Virus record (IMG/VR): IMGVR_UViG_3300009149_000003
Coordinates: 1-54,262 of that record
Origin: a virus
Taxonomy: Duplodnaviria; Caudoviricetes
DNA length: 54,262 bases
Direction: 5' to 3' (one strand)
Shown here: one piece after another, positions 9,021-18,455 of the stretch
How the letters are laid out: the number at the start of each line of letters is the position of its first letter
How positions within the stretch are numbered: the stretch's first letter is position 1
Notes under the pieces: model-generated
The model's input: only the letters and a program-made list of their open reading frames with translations
Databases searched by the model: none
Told to the model about the DNA's origin: nothing
Translations under genes and position numbers: made by a program

Positions 9021-9602
9021 ATGGAGATTCAGTCGATCACGCAGTACACGCAAGACCTTGACCGTCTCGAAGGGATTATCCGGCAGAACCTGACGGCGTT
9101 CTACGAGGTGGGCCGGGCGCTCATGGAGATACGGGACCGGGGGCTGTATCGGGACGTCAAGGGGTACGAGACGTTCGAGGCGTACTGCAAGGCGGAGTGG
9201 GATTTCACGGGGCGTCAAGCAGAAAGATTAATGGTATCTGCTGTGGTTATTGAGAATACCCGACCAATTGGTCGCCTTCCCGCAACCGAATCCCAATGTC
9301 GCCCCCTTGCCCGCCTCGAACCGGAACAGCAGCGGGAAGTATGGAAGAAAGCAGTCGAGACCGCGCCGGATGGCAAGGTCACGGCGGCACACGTCAGCAA
9401 AATCGCAAAGGAGATTACCGATGTGGGGAAAGCATCACCGACACCAGAACCGCCGGTAGACCCGCGTTTACTGGCGACATCGGCCATGCATTACGCTACA
9501 ATGGCCATAACGAATCTTGAAGGAATCAGGATGGACGATCCGAAGAGAACAGAAGCACTCATTCGGGTTATGAAGTGGATACAAATCCAACTAAAGGAGT
9601 AG
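9021..9602 (+). CDS. Phage DNA-binding protein (DUF3102-like helical domain)
   Basis: LEGIIRQNLTAFYEVGRALMEIRDRGLYR...YETFEAYCKAEW...ESQCRPLARL...VTAAHV pattern; AGGAGG RBS. Confidence 0.6.
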   Translation: MEIQSITQYTQDLDRLEGIIRQNLTAFYEVGRALMEIRDRGLYRDVKGYETFEAYCKAEWDFTGRQAERLMVSAVVIENTRPIGRLPATESQCRPLARLEPEQQREVWKKAVETAPDGKVTAAHVSKIAKEITDVGKASPTPEPPVDPRLLATSAMHYATMAITNLEGIRMDDPKRTEALIRVMKWIQIQLKE

Positions 9603-9606
9603 GGCC

Positions 9607-10392
9607 ATGACAGCGGCAGTATACGAAACCAAGAATTATGGGATGTTTGAACTCCACGAGTTCAACAGGAATGTGGTCAATACCCGCAGTATCGAATTAT
9701 CACTCAGGCGGAATGGTTGGATAGACGCCTATCCCATGCACGTTGTGAGAAACGGTAAAGGGAAACTCAAAATCAAAGACGGCCATTATCGCTTTGAAGC
9801 AGCACGGCACTTGGGTATCCCGGTGAAATACGTCATTTGTAATGACGGCGCACCGTTGGTTGAAATGATTAAGGCTACAAAACCGTGGCACCCGGCGGAT
9901 TACCTGTATTCCTATGTCCGACAAGGCAAGCATGAATATATCGCCTTGAAAGACTACATGGAGTTGACCGGGATTTCCCTCAGGCACGCGATCTCGATGC
10001 TTTCCGGAGAGAGCGCGGGTTCGTGTAACCAGTTTGAAGCATTCAAGAGGGGAGAATACAGGCTGGGAGACACAGCGCGGGCCGACCAAGTGGCAAAAAT
10101 GGTTTTACACATGAAGAAGTGTGGAATCAAGTATGCCGACAACTCCTATCTCGTGCAAGCGCTTTCAAAGGCCGTATGGTTGGATGAATTCTCCGTGACG
10201 CGCTTTATGGACAAGATAAGCGCACACTGGCATCATTTCGACAAGCAGCCCGACGTGAAGTCGTACCTTACACAGATTGAAGAGATTTACAATCGGCATG
10301 CACAGTCAGACAAACTGCCGCTTGCGTTTCTTGCCAATGAACGGTCATTGGAAAGGAAGCGCACTTTCGGCAATTTTCCGCGGCGCAAGTAG
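9607..10392 (+). CDS. ParB/Srx N-terminal domain protein
   Basis: NRNV...IELSL...PMHV...IKDGHYRFEAARHLGIPVKY ParB-like motif. Confidence 0.7.
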   Translation: MTAAVYETKNYGMFELHEFNRNVVNTRSIELSLRRNGWIDAYPMHVVRNGKGKLKIKDGHYRFEAARHLGIPVKYVICNDGAPLVEMIKATKPWHPADYLYSYVRQGKHEYIALKDYMELTGISLRHAISMLSGESAGSCNQFEAFKRGEYRLGDTARADQVAKMVLHMKKCGIKYADNSYLVQALSKAVWLDEFSVTRFMDKISAHWHHFDKQPDVKSYLTQIEEIYNRHAQSDKLPLAFLANERSLERKRTFGNFPRRK

Positions 10393-10449
10393 TGGGGTGG
10401 AACAACCGGGGGCGGGTTCGCGCCCGCCTCCCATGAAACGAGGTGAACA

Positions 10450-10821
10450 ATGCTGCTGACATGTATCGACAACTGCCCGTATCGCATTATAAACAGGGAT
10501 TACGAGCCGAATGACCGGCAGGAGGACTTCACTGCGTTCTGTACGATTCCAGTCAGGAATATAGGCGATAATATATGGGGTCAGCCCGCAGATCGACAGC
10601 GCATCAGACTTTCATTCACGGAAGATGGCGAAACCACGACGCTCAGGTGTCAGCAATGCATAGAACGATTCGGACCCGGGATGGCGAAAAGGCCACCGGT
10701 GAAGTTTTCCGATATCATACACACAATGCTTGACCTCGTATTCGGCGACCTTGCTGAGATAGTTAAAGAGGCCACCGGGGAAACGATTCACGTCACCATA
10801 CGCAAGGCAGGCACATCATGA
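10450..10821 (+). CDS. Hypothetical Cys-containing protein
   Basis: GAGGT RBS; ATGA overlap with the portal gene. Confidence 0.55.
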   Translation: MLLTCIDNCPYRIINRDYEPNDRQEDFTAFCTIPVRNIGDNIWGQPADRQRIRLSFTEDGETTTLRCQQCIERFGPGMAKRPPVKFSDIIHTMLDLVFGDLAEIVKEATGETIHVTIRKAGTS

Positions 10822-12206
10822 ACATCGGCGATATACTCAAACTGGACTTCGACAAGGCCCTCGAGGTGCTCACCGCGGACCCGAAGGAGAAGGACAAGGG
10901 CATCGCGGACAACCGGAAGGCGTTCCGGGGCGAGCACGCCATCCTCGACGACCCTGATCGCGCGACCAAGACCGTCGGGGCCACGGCGGCGACCCAGCGG
11001 GTGGTCAAGCTCACGTCCGAGACGATCCCCTTCCAGCGGCGCATCGTCAACTCCGCGGTGACTTTCCTGTTCGGCGAACCCGTGTCGCTTGTCCTGAACA
11101 ATGACGCTCAGGATGCGTTCGGCCTCATCAACGCCGTATGGAAGAAGAACAAGCTCAACTACTTCAATAAACGGCTGGCCCGGGATCTGTTCATTGAGTG
11201 CAAGGCGGCCGAGTTGTGGTACGTTCCGCCGAAGGACAAGGGGAAACCCGCCCGCATCCGGGTGACACTCCTGAGCAACCGTGAGGGGTATGCGTTCTAT
11301 CCCCACTTCGATGAGTTCGGCGACATGGACGCTTTCACGGTCAAGTATGAGATCAAGGGACCCGACGGCAAGCCGCAGGATACGGTCAACATTTATACCG
11401 CCGACAAGATCATCCGGGCCGTGAAAGCGGGCGGAATGTGGACACAGAAACCGGGGGAGAACATACTCGGCAAGATACCGGTCGTGTACTACGAGCAGGA
11501 CGAACCCGAATGGGATGGCGTGGATACTCAGATCGAACGGCTCGAATACCTGATGTCAAACTTTGCGGACACGAACGACTACAACGGCTCGCCCCTCACC
11601 CAGGTCAAGGGCGTCGTGTCGAACATGCCGAAAAAGGAGGAGACCGGCAAGGTGGTGACGGTCGCAGCGGAGACGAATCCGAACACCGGAGAGGTCACCT
11701 ATCCCGGTGGCGTCGAGTTCGTTTCCTGGGAACAGGCCCCGGAGTCCATCAAACTCGAAATGGAGGCCCTGAAGGACATCATCTACGCGATGACGCAGAC
11801 GCCGGACCTCTCGTTCTCGAACGTTAAGGGCATGTCGGCGGTGAGCGGTATTGCCTTGCGCCTCATGTTCTCCGATGCGCTGTTCAAGGCGCGGGACAAG
11901 CAGGAGATATTCGGCCCGGCGATGGAGCGGCGCCTGAGCATCATGAAGTCGATCATCGCACTTGCGAACGTCGGGAAGCGGCAGCAGATCGAGGAGGCGG
12001 ACATCGACGTGTTGTTCGGCGACGTGGTGCCGACGGACATTGAGGCGCTGATCAAGAGCTTGTCTACAGCCCGGGGCGGCGAGGCGATCATGAGCGAGGA
12101 GTCGGCGGTGCGGATGAACCCGCTGGTCACGGATGCCGAGAAGGACATCGAGGTGCTGGCGGGCGAGAAAACGGCATTGAAGTCATTCGCGGATAGCTAC
12201 GCATGA
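10818..12206 (+). CDS. Portal protein, SPP1 gp6-like
   Basis: IVNSAVTFLFGEPV, LGKIPVVYY, TQTPDLSF, SGIALRLMF motifs; 462 aa. Confidence 0.9.
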   Translation: MNIGDILKLDFDKALEVLTADPKEKDKGIADNRKAFRGEHAILDDPDRATKTVGATAATQRVVKLTSETIPFQRRIVNSAVTFLFGEPVSLVLNNDAQDAFGLINAVWKKNKLNYFNKRLARDLFIECKAAELWYVPPKDKGKPARIRVTLLSNREGYAFYPHFDEFGDMDAFTVKYEIKGPDGKPQDTVNIYTADKIIRAVKAGGMWTQKPGENILGKIPVVYYEQDEPEWDGVDTQIERLEYLMSNFADTNDYNGSPLTQVKGVVSNMPKKEETGKVVTVAAETNPNTGEVTYPGGVEFVSWEQAPESIKLEMEALKDIIYAMTQTPDLSFSNVKGMSAVSGIALRLMFSDALFKARDKQEIFGPAMERRLSIMKSIIALANVGKRQQIEEADIDVLFGDVVPTDIEALIKSLSTARGGEAIMSEESAVRMNPLVTDAEKDIEVLAGEKTALKSFADSYA

Positions 12207-12616
12207 GTGAGTGTAAATGTACTTCCGACAAAGTTGTTCTCGTAAAAGGTGATGGGCTCAATATCGCTCGGGAAACATTCTGTACAATACATGGGTATCA
12301 AAACACCTGTTTTGTCTGTAATCCTCATGCAACAACCACCGAAACATGCCGTAAACACGCATATGGCAACCGGGAAGCGGATAACTACGTATGAGCACTG
12401 AGTGGACAGTTATCGTCGGATGCCTCCTCGTTATCATCGCGTGTTTGACATCGGCGTATTACCGAACAAGGGGCTGACGTATGAAAGAATATAAACCGCT
12501 ACGGTTTGCATCGACATTTCCAGTACCGCATATCGTCTGCGGCGGCACTGCGGTCTCATGCTCATATGATGAATGTTTGAGTGTGATGCAAGAGATAAGA
12601 GAGGAGAAAGCATTGT

Positions 12617-12955
12617 ATGCGAAATTGGCTATGGATAATCCGACACCAGATATGTGATGCGGCAAGGATATTCGGCATACGCGACCGCCTGCGTTGTCCT
12701 GAATGTAAATCGGTCGGCACATGGAAGCCGCACGGCGGGTGGTTTGACAATAGCAAGGCGAGCGGAAGGCGATGGTTGTGTAAATGGTGCGGACATTATG
12801 TTGGCATGCTGAACGGGGAGATCATTGAGCGTGATGCATTTATTGATTTCAATTTAAAATGTTGGCGTATATGGGATAATTACGACAACATAGAAGTACC
12901 ACAGAACGTCTATATCCCGCGTGATGATGCAAAATCCGATCCATGGGTGGGCTGA
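12617..12955 (+). CDS. Hypothetical zinc-ribbon protein
   Basis: CPEC...WKPHGGW...WLCKWCG; GAGGAG RBS. Confidence 0.55.
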   Translation: MRNWLWIIRHQICDAARIFGIRDRLRCPECKSVGTWKPHGGWFDNSKASGRRWLCKWCGHYVGMLNGEIIERDAFIDFNLKCWRIWDNYDNIEVPQNVYIPRDDAKSDPWVG

Positions 12956-12984
12956 CACATGCCGATGAACGAAAGGAGAAAGAA

Positions 12985-13257
12985 ATGCAAGTCGAATTGA
13001 AGAACGGTGTGTTTACGGCAACGCAGTGGTTCAAGGACGGCGATCACCCGGCGGTGGATTATCACAAAGCGACCCGATCAAAGTACGGGAGTGCGTATGA
13101 TGGATTGGCATATTTCACTGTTGACACGGTTTATGACGACGATGCCGGGCCGCCAACTATCACCCCCGGCATGTGGATCGTGGAGATGTTCGACGGCATC
13201 CATCTCTACACCGATGAGGAGTTTAAGAAGTTGTTTGTGAAGGCGAACCTGAAATAA
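12985..13257 (+). CDS. Conserved phage hypothetical protein
   Basis: ATQWFKDGDHP...ITPGMWIV...F..LF pattern; AAGGAG RBS. Confidence 0.6.
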   Translation: MQVELKNGVFTATQWFKDGDHPAVDYHKATRSKYGSAYDGLAYFTVDTVYDDDAGPPTITPGMWIVEMFDGIHLYTDEEFKKLFVKANLK

Positions 13258-13273
13258 TGAGGCGGAATCTCAC

Positions 13274-14209
13274 ATGCCGATGAACGCCTTTGAACGCGCT
13301 CACATCCGGGATATCGCCCGGCGCAACCGGCAGATCAGCGTAGCCGTGGACGATGCCATGATAGATATCGCCCGCCGGTACACGACGGTCAAGGGTCGCC
13401 GGTTTGCGGGGGTCATGCAGGGACGGCTCGCCGAACTCCATGAGCAGATTGTGAACAACGGGCACATGGGGATCCGGAACCAGTGGGCGCTCGCGAACAA
13501 GATGAACGACCGGAAACTCGACGGCTACCTGGCGGGAGTCCGGGTATCCGACGCCATACAGAAGAGCTTCCGGGCGCCAAACCTGGGGGCGTTGAACGCC
13601 TTTCTCGATCGCCGGGAGGCCGGGTTGAACCTCTCAGACCGGGTGTGGCGGGTCACCGATGGGGTACGCGGGCAGATGGATGACCTCATATCGCGGGGCG
13701 TCCTTGAGGGCAAGTCGGCAATCGAACTATCGAAGGAATTGAAGGGCTTCGTCAAAGGTCGGCCGATCCGATACGAAGGGACGCTCATCAAGGCAAAGAA
13801 CCTGAACTTCCAGGCGATCCGGGTCACCGCTACCGAGATGAACATGGCGTTCCGGACGAGCGACTACCTGCAGAACAGTCAACTCCCGTTCGTGACCGGG
13901 GTAACCGTGGAACTGTCGCCGGCGCATCCATTCCAGGACATTTGCGACGAGCTGGCGGGCAATTATCCGAAGGGCTTCCAGTTCTCCGGCTGGCACCCGC
14001 TTTGCATCTGCTACGCGACGTGGGACACGCTCCCGCGGGATGAGTTCGCCCGGTACATCCAGACGGGGGAGATGGACGCATCCCGTTTCACGACCGCCAT
14101 CCCGCCGAACGCGCGACAGTACCTGGCGGCGAACGGTAAGCGGCTGGCGGGGTACAGAAACCCGCCGTACTGGCTGCGGGACAACCGGAAATATCTATCG
14201 GCGGCATAG
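13274..14209 (+). CDS. Minor head morphogenesis protein (Mu gpF/SPP1 gp7-like)
   Basis: LSDRVW, RVTATEMNMAFR, DICDELAG.YPK, WHPLCIC motifs. Confidence 0.85.
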   Translation: MPMNAFERAHIRDIARRNRQISVAVDDAMIDIARRYTTVKGRRFAGVMQGRLAELHEQIVNNGHMGIRNQWALANKMNDRKLDGYLAGVRVSDAIQKSFRAPNLGALNAFLDRREAGLNLSDRVWRVTDGVRGQMDDLISRGVLEGKSAIELSKELKGFVKGRPIRYEGTLIKAKNLNFQAIRVTATEMNMAFRTSDYLQNSQLPFVTGVTVELSPAHPFQDICDELAGNYPKGFQFSGWHPLCICYATWDTLPRDEFARYIQTGEMDASRFTTAIPPNARQYLAANGKRLAGYRNPPYWLRDNRKYLSAA

Positions 14210-14238
14210 GAACCGGTGAAAGGAAAGGAGAGAGTAAA

Positions 14239-14658
14239 ATGATACGCGATCTTGTTTTTGGTTATGCATTTGTGGGATTAGGATTAATTATGATCTGCAT
14301 GTTTTTACCTATATTTATAGGTATGGATAATGCGCAAGTAATTTTGATGTATATATCGACTATATTCATTGGAATCGGCGGTATATGTATATTCATTTGG
14401 GGGTGCTTATTCATAAAAGAGTTCATAATTGATTGGTGGTATGATCACAAAGCGGACCGGGTGATGTTGGTAATGAGGAGAGACCATATCGAAAAGGGAG
14501 AGGGTATGAAAAAGAAAATCGGGCGATTCTTATGCCGGATTGGCTTGCATAATTATGATAATAAAAATCTGTATGGGTTCGGCCCGAGTCTCATGCGCAG
14601 ATGTAAGAGATGCCCCGCAAGACAATGGCAAAATGGACGTACCGGGGAATGGAAGTGA
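14239..14658 (+). CDS. AT-rich membrane protein
   Basis: Two hydrophobic helices followed by a C/H cluster; AAGGAG RBS. Confidence 0.55.
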   Translation: MIRDLVFGYAFVGLGLIMICMFLPIFIGMDNAQVILMYISTIFIGIGGICIFIWGCLFIKEFIIDWWYDHKADRVMLVMRRDHIEKGEGMKKKIGRFLCRIGLHNYDNKNLYGFGPSLMRRCKRCPARQWQNGRTGEWK

Positions 14659-14690
14659 ATATTGAGTTGTTCCGTAGGAAAGGGGAGAGC

Positions 14691-14918
14691 ATGAAACTTT
14701 TTATAGTACTCGCTAAAGAATATGATTCGCAGAATGGCGTAGATCATATTGTAGGTGCCTTTGAGGATGAAGAAATGGCGCAAAAGATAGCGGACGAATT
14801 GACTGCTGAATGGGATAAACGTAAATGCGATAGATGGTGCTATTCATTCAAAGTACTCACCGTCGATGATATTAACGTGCAGTATATCCACTCCACCAAA
14901 GAAGTATATCCAGATTGA
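14691..14918 (+). CDS. Small hypothetical protein
   Basis: MKLFIVLAKEY...IVGAFEDEEMAQK pattern common in phage small proteins. Confidence 0.55.
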   Translation: MKLFIVLAKEYDSQNGVDHIVGAFEDEEMAQKIADELTAEWDKRKCDRWCYSFKVLTVDDINVQYIHSTKEVYPD

Positions 14919-14928
14919 GGGGTGTCCC

Positions 14929-15927
14929 ATGACAAAACTCGCGTTCATCTGTCAGAAGGGACTGGAGACGTTCATCGAGCCGATCGTGATGGCGTTCGAG
15001 CGGGCCGGGGATCACCAGGTGCGCCGGTATTACGTGCAGACCAACCAGGAGGTCATCGCGGCCGTCAAGTGGGCGGACATCGTGTTCCTCGAATGGGCGA
15101 ATGAGGTCTCAATCCTCGCGACGTCCATCTATGACCTTCGGAAAAAAGGGGTAATCGTCCGGCTGCATTCGTATGAATCATTCACCGATATGCCCGGGCG
15201 GATCGACTGGACGGTCATCGATTACCTGGTGTTCGTCGCGCCGCACATCCGGGAGATCGTCAAGCGGCACATCCCGGACATCGAGGACCGGGTATGCACG
15301 AAGGTCATCTATAACGGCGTGGACTTCGAGCGGATCGAGCCGAACGAGGTGTTGAGTCCGCATGACATCGCGGTCGTCGCCAATATCGCCGATCACAAGA
15401 AGAACCCGCCGCTCATTCTGCAAATCATGGCCGCACTGATCAAGCACGATCCCAGATACCGGCTCCACATCGCCGGGGCACTCAGCGATGAGCGGTACAA
15501 GATATACCTGGAACACATGGCGAAGGCAATGGGGATCGCCGACAACATCCTGTACTACGGGTTCATCAAGGATATGGACACGTTCTGGAAGGGCAAGGGC
15601 GTGATCCTGTCAACGAGTATCCACGAGGGGCACCCGCTGAACGTCATCGAGGGCGCGGCGCGGGGACTGCGGCCGGTCATCCACAACTTCTACGGTGCGG
15701 AGGATATGTATCCGAAGGGATGGCTTTACAACACGGTAGGTGAAGCCGCGGAACTGATCGTTGCCGGGATATCGGTTGAAGATTCTTGCTGCATACGCCA
15801 GCATGTCATTGAGCACGGCTGGACATTGGACAACATGGTCGCGCAGATCAGGGAACTCGTGGATCGGCTCGGCGAACCGGCGGAATCACACAAAGAGGAG
15901 GAGATAGCAGATGTACCCAGCCAATAA
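14929..15927 (+). CDS. Glycosyltransferase family 4 (GT-B fold)
   Basis: WADIVFLEW, IVRLHSYE, VIYNGVD, STSIHEGHPLNVIEGAARG (E-x7-E) motifs. Confidence 0.88.
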   Translation: MTKLAFICQKGLETFIEPIVMAFERAGDHQVRRYYVQTNQEVIAAVKWADIVFLEWANEVSILATSIYDLRKKGVIVRLHSYESFTDMPGRIDWTVIDYLVFVAPHIREIVKRHIPDIEDRVCTKVIYNGVDFERIEPNEVLSPHDIAVVANIADHKKNPPLILQIMAALIKHDPRYRLHIAGALSDERYKIYLEHMAKAMGIADNILYYGFIKDMDTFWKGKGVILSTSIHEGHPLNVIEGAARGLRPVIHNFYGAEDMYPKGWLYNTVGEAAELIVAGISVEDSCCIRQHVIEHGWTLDNMVAQIRELVDRLGEPAESHKEEEIADVPSQ

Positions 15928-16204
15928 AGTGACTGAAGAGCGTATCCGCGAGATGTCGGTGATCCAACTACGGGCGCTGATCGCGGACGATCCCCGAATG
16001 GCGGACCTGATGGACGTGTACGACCGCGGGCGCCTGCAGGAAGAGATTATCCGGTTACGGCAGCCCCGTGAGGAAGAACCGGTCACAGTGCTTGCCGATG
16101 AACTACAGGTGGAGCCGCCGTTCCCTATCGACGATGTACCGGTGGCTCATGCCGAACCGGCGCGGGTGCGCACCCGGAAGACGAAACCTCGAGGCCGCAA
16201 GTGA
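15911..16204 (+). CDS. Hypothetical protein
   Basis: GGAGGAG RBS; overlaps both neighbours; basic C-terminal tail. Confidence 0.55.
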   Translation: MYPANKVTEERIREMSVIQLRALIADDPRMADLMDVYDRGRLQEEIIRLRQPREEEPVTVLADELQVEPPFPIDDVPVAHAEPARVRTRKTKPRGRK

Positions 16205-17100
16205 GCACGAAGCGGTATATCCTGCTCGGTGCGGCCGGCTTCATCGCCCCGCGGCACATGAAGGCCATCCAGGAGACCGGCGGTGAGCTGGTCGCTGTGG
16301 CGGATCCGCACGATTCCGTGGGGATCATCGACCGGTATGCGCCGAATGTCCGGTATTACCGGGACGAACAGCGGTGCATGGCCGAGTTCGAGGGCAAAGC
16401 GGACACGGTGGTCATCGCCACACCAAACAGCACACACTTCCGGCTCATCTATGAGGCGCTCGGGCACGGGTACGACGTGATCTGTGAGAAGCCGCTGGTG
16501 ACTCAGTCACAGGACATCGACTTCCTGAAACAGCGTGAGGAGACCACTGGGAAGCGGGTGTACGCGGTGCTTCAACTGCGGCACCACCGGGGAATACTGA
16601 CTCTATTTGAAAGACTTTCCGCCTGTTCTCACGGCGACATTGTGGACATCACCTATCACACCCCGCGGGGCTCTTGGTATGAACAGAGTTGGAAGGGTGA
16701 GGCATGGCGTTCCGGCGGGCTCGCGATGAATATCGGTATCCACTTCTTCGACTTGTGCCTATGGTTGTTCGGCGGTGAAGGCGGGATGGAGATGCGGTGC
16801 GATATACCAACGCACGGGCGAGTCTGCGGCCAATTCGAACTTGAACGGGCATCTGTGCGCTATGACCTGTCGATTGAGTCAGACCGTCCGCTCAAGAAGT
16901 TGTTCAGTTTTAATGGGCGGTACATCGACCTCGCCACCGGGTTCGAGGACCTGCATACCGAGGTCTACCGGGCCATCCTCGACGGGCGCGGGTACGGCCT
17001 CGACGACGCGGCCCCGGCGATCGCGCTCACGGAACGGATACACCGGATGGCGACGGCGAAGGCTGGTGTACAACCTTGTGTGATGGAGGTAATTCAATGA
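16201..17100 (+). CDS. Gfo/Idh/MocA oxidoreductase, WbpB/WlbA-like nucleotide-sugar 3-dehydrogenase
   Basis: GAAGFIAPRHMKAI, DPHDSVGIIDRY, VICEKPLV, SGGLAMNIGIHFFD and GFEDLHT are characteristic of WbpB/WlbA. Confidence 0.88.
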   Translation: MSTKRYILLGAAGFIAPRHMKAIQETGGELVAVADPHDSVGIIDRYAPNVRYYRDEQRCMAEFEGKADTVVIATPNSTHFRLIYEALGHGYDVICEKPLVTQSQDIDFLKQREETTGKRVYAVLQLRHHRGILTLFERLSACSHGDIVDITYHTPRGSWYEQSWKGEAWRSGGLAMNIGIHFFDLCLWLFGGEGGMEMRCDIPTHGRVCGQFELERASVRYDLSIESDRPLKKLFSFNGRYIDLATGFEDLHTEVYRAILDGRGYGLDDAAPAIALTERIHRMATAKAGVQPCVMEVIQ

Positions 17101-17462
17101 AACCGTGGACACTCAGTGACAAATTCGGCAACACGCATAAAGACAGCCCAACGGGATTCGGCGGACATGATACCTATACTTGCAAGCGGTGCGGCTACAC
17201 GTTCGATCTGCATGACAGCGGAACATGGCCGTCAGACATGCCATCACCGGGAGAAATTGCGGAACGGCATATGCTTGAGCACATCGCCATGTTCCACCGA
17301 GACGAGATCATGGGGGAAAGCCGCAGGGGAATGTCACCGATGGACGAGACGGGGGCGCTTCTCCCGACCGGGATCGCCGCAGGTGACGACGGTAGAGTCT
17401 GGCACTCTCCGCCGCAAGAAGGAGATGGAATCAGACACAAGATGGAGGCCGACCGTGGCTGA
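17097..17462 (+). CDS. Hypothetical protein (CxxC...HxxxH)
   Basis: GGAGG RBS and ATGA overlap; ends in MEADRG with a GTGGCTGA start/stop overlap. Confidence 0.5.
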   Translation: MKPWTLSDKFGNTHKDSPTGFGGHDTYTCKRCGYTFDLHDSGTWPSDMPSPGEIAERHMLEHIAMFHRDEIMGESRRGMSPMDETGALLPTGIAAGDDGRVWHSPPQEGDGIRHKMEADRG

Positions 17463-17600
17463 GCTGAATGAATATGAACGGGAACTCACCTGCAGGTTAT
17501 GTGAGATTTCGGAGGCGATTGCGCGTCTTGAATCCTTCCAAGAAGGTGTGATTGAAGATGTGTTTGCAGAACTTGCCGAGGGTCGTGATGGAAGTGGTAT

Positions 17601-18455
17601 ATGATGGGTAAACTCGTCAGCATCATCATCCCGGCATACAACGCCGAGGCGTACCTCGTGAAACGTGCCGAGGAAATCGCCGAAGGCGCGGCGTGCCCCG
17701 GCATCCTGAAGCCCAGGGATGTCGAGGTGGTGATCGTGAACGATGGCTCCACCGACGGTACATTCGACGAAATGGTGAATACCGGCATCATCTTGCGGCA
17801 TCACGGATTCGGGTGGTTCGGGCATAGTTTCCGCGAGAACGGCGGGACGTTCGCGGCCGAGGAAATGGGGTTGCGCTGTGCTTCCGGCAAGTATGTGTAC
17901 TTCCAGGATCAGGACGACCCGTTCCATCCGCATCTTCTCCATGAACTCCTCGAATCCCGGGTCGCCGTGCCCCCGGACATTCACATCGCCGCGCCGACGA
18001 TGCTCATAGCGAACGAAAAGGTGACTGGGGAACTGTGGCAGAGCGAAACAGGCACGGCTATCGATGCCCTGTATAAGCAATTCAAGGCCCGCCACGGTAT
18101 CATCAACCGGCGGTCCCTGTTCCGGCGCGATGTCCTCATGCGGGCATACACGGAACTCGCGCTCGCTTTCGCCGAGGCTGGGATCGGCCCCATTAATGCC
18201 GTACAGGATTCGGTTGTCATAACCTATCTGCTCGGTTGCGGCGTGTTCACGTCGATCGTCGAGTCGAAAGCGGCGTACTGGTGGACCTGTGACAACCCGG
18301 GATCCATGAGCCGGGACGAACCCCGCCGGCAACACGACCTCGCCGTGCTCCATGCAGTCACGGCATACGCCATTGACCGGCTGGAGGTGCATATCGCCAT
18401 CCCGGACCTCTCCCATTACCTCTCGCTCGTCGATAAGGAGGCTGTGGCGCCATGA
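17601..18455 (+). CDS. Glycosyltransferase family 2 (GT-A fold)
   Basis: VSIIIPAYNAE, VIVNDGSTDGT, GKYVYFQDQDD (DxD). Confidence 0.88.
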   Translation: MMGKLVSIIIPAYNAEAYLVKRAEEIAEGAACPGILKPRDVEVVIVNDGSTDGTFDEMVNTGIILRHHGFGWFGHSFRENGGTFAAEEMGLRCASGKYVYFQDQDDPFHPHLLHELLESRVAVPPDIHIAAPTMLIANEKVTGELWQSETGTAIDALYKQFKARHGIINRRSLFRRDVLMRAYTELALAFAEAGIGPINAVQDSVVITYLLGCGVFTSIVESKAAYWWTCDNPGSMSRDEPRRQHDLAVLHAVTAYAIDRLEVHIAIPDLSHYLSLVDKEAVAP

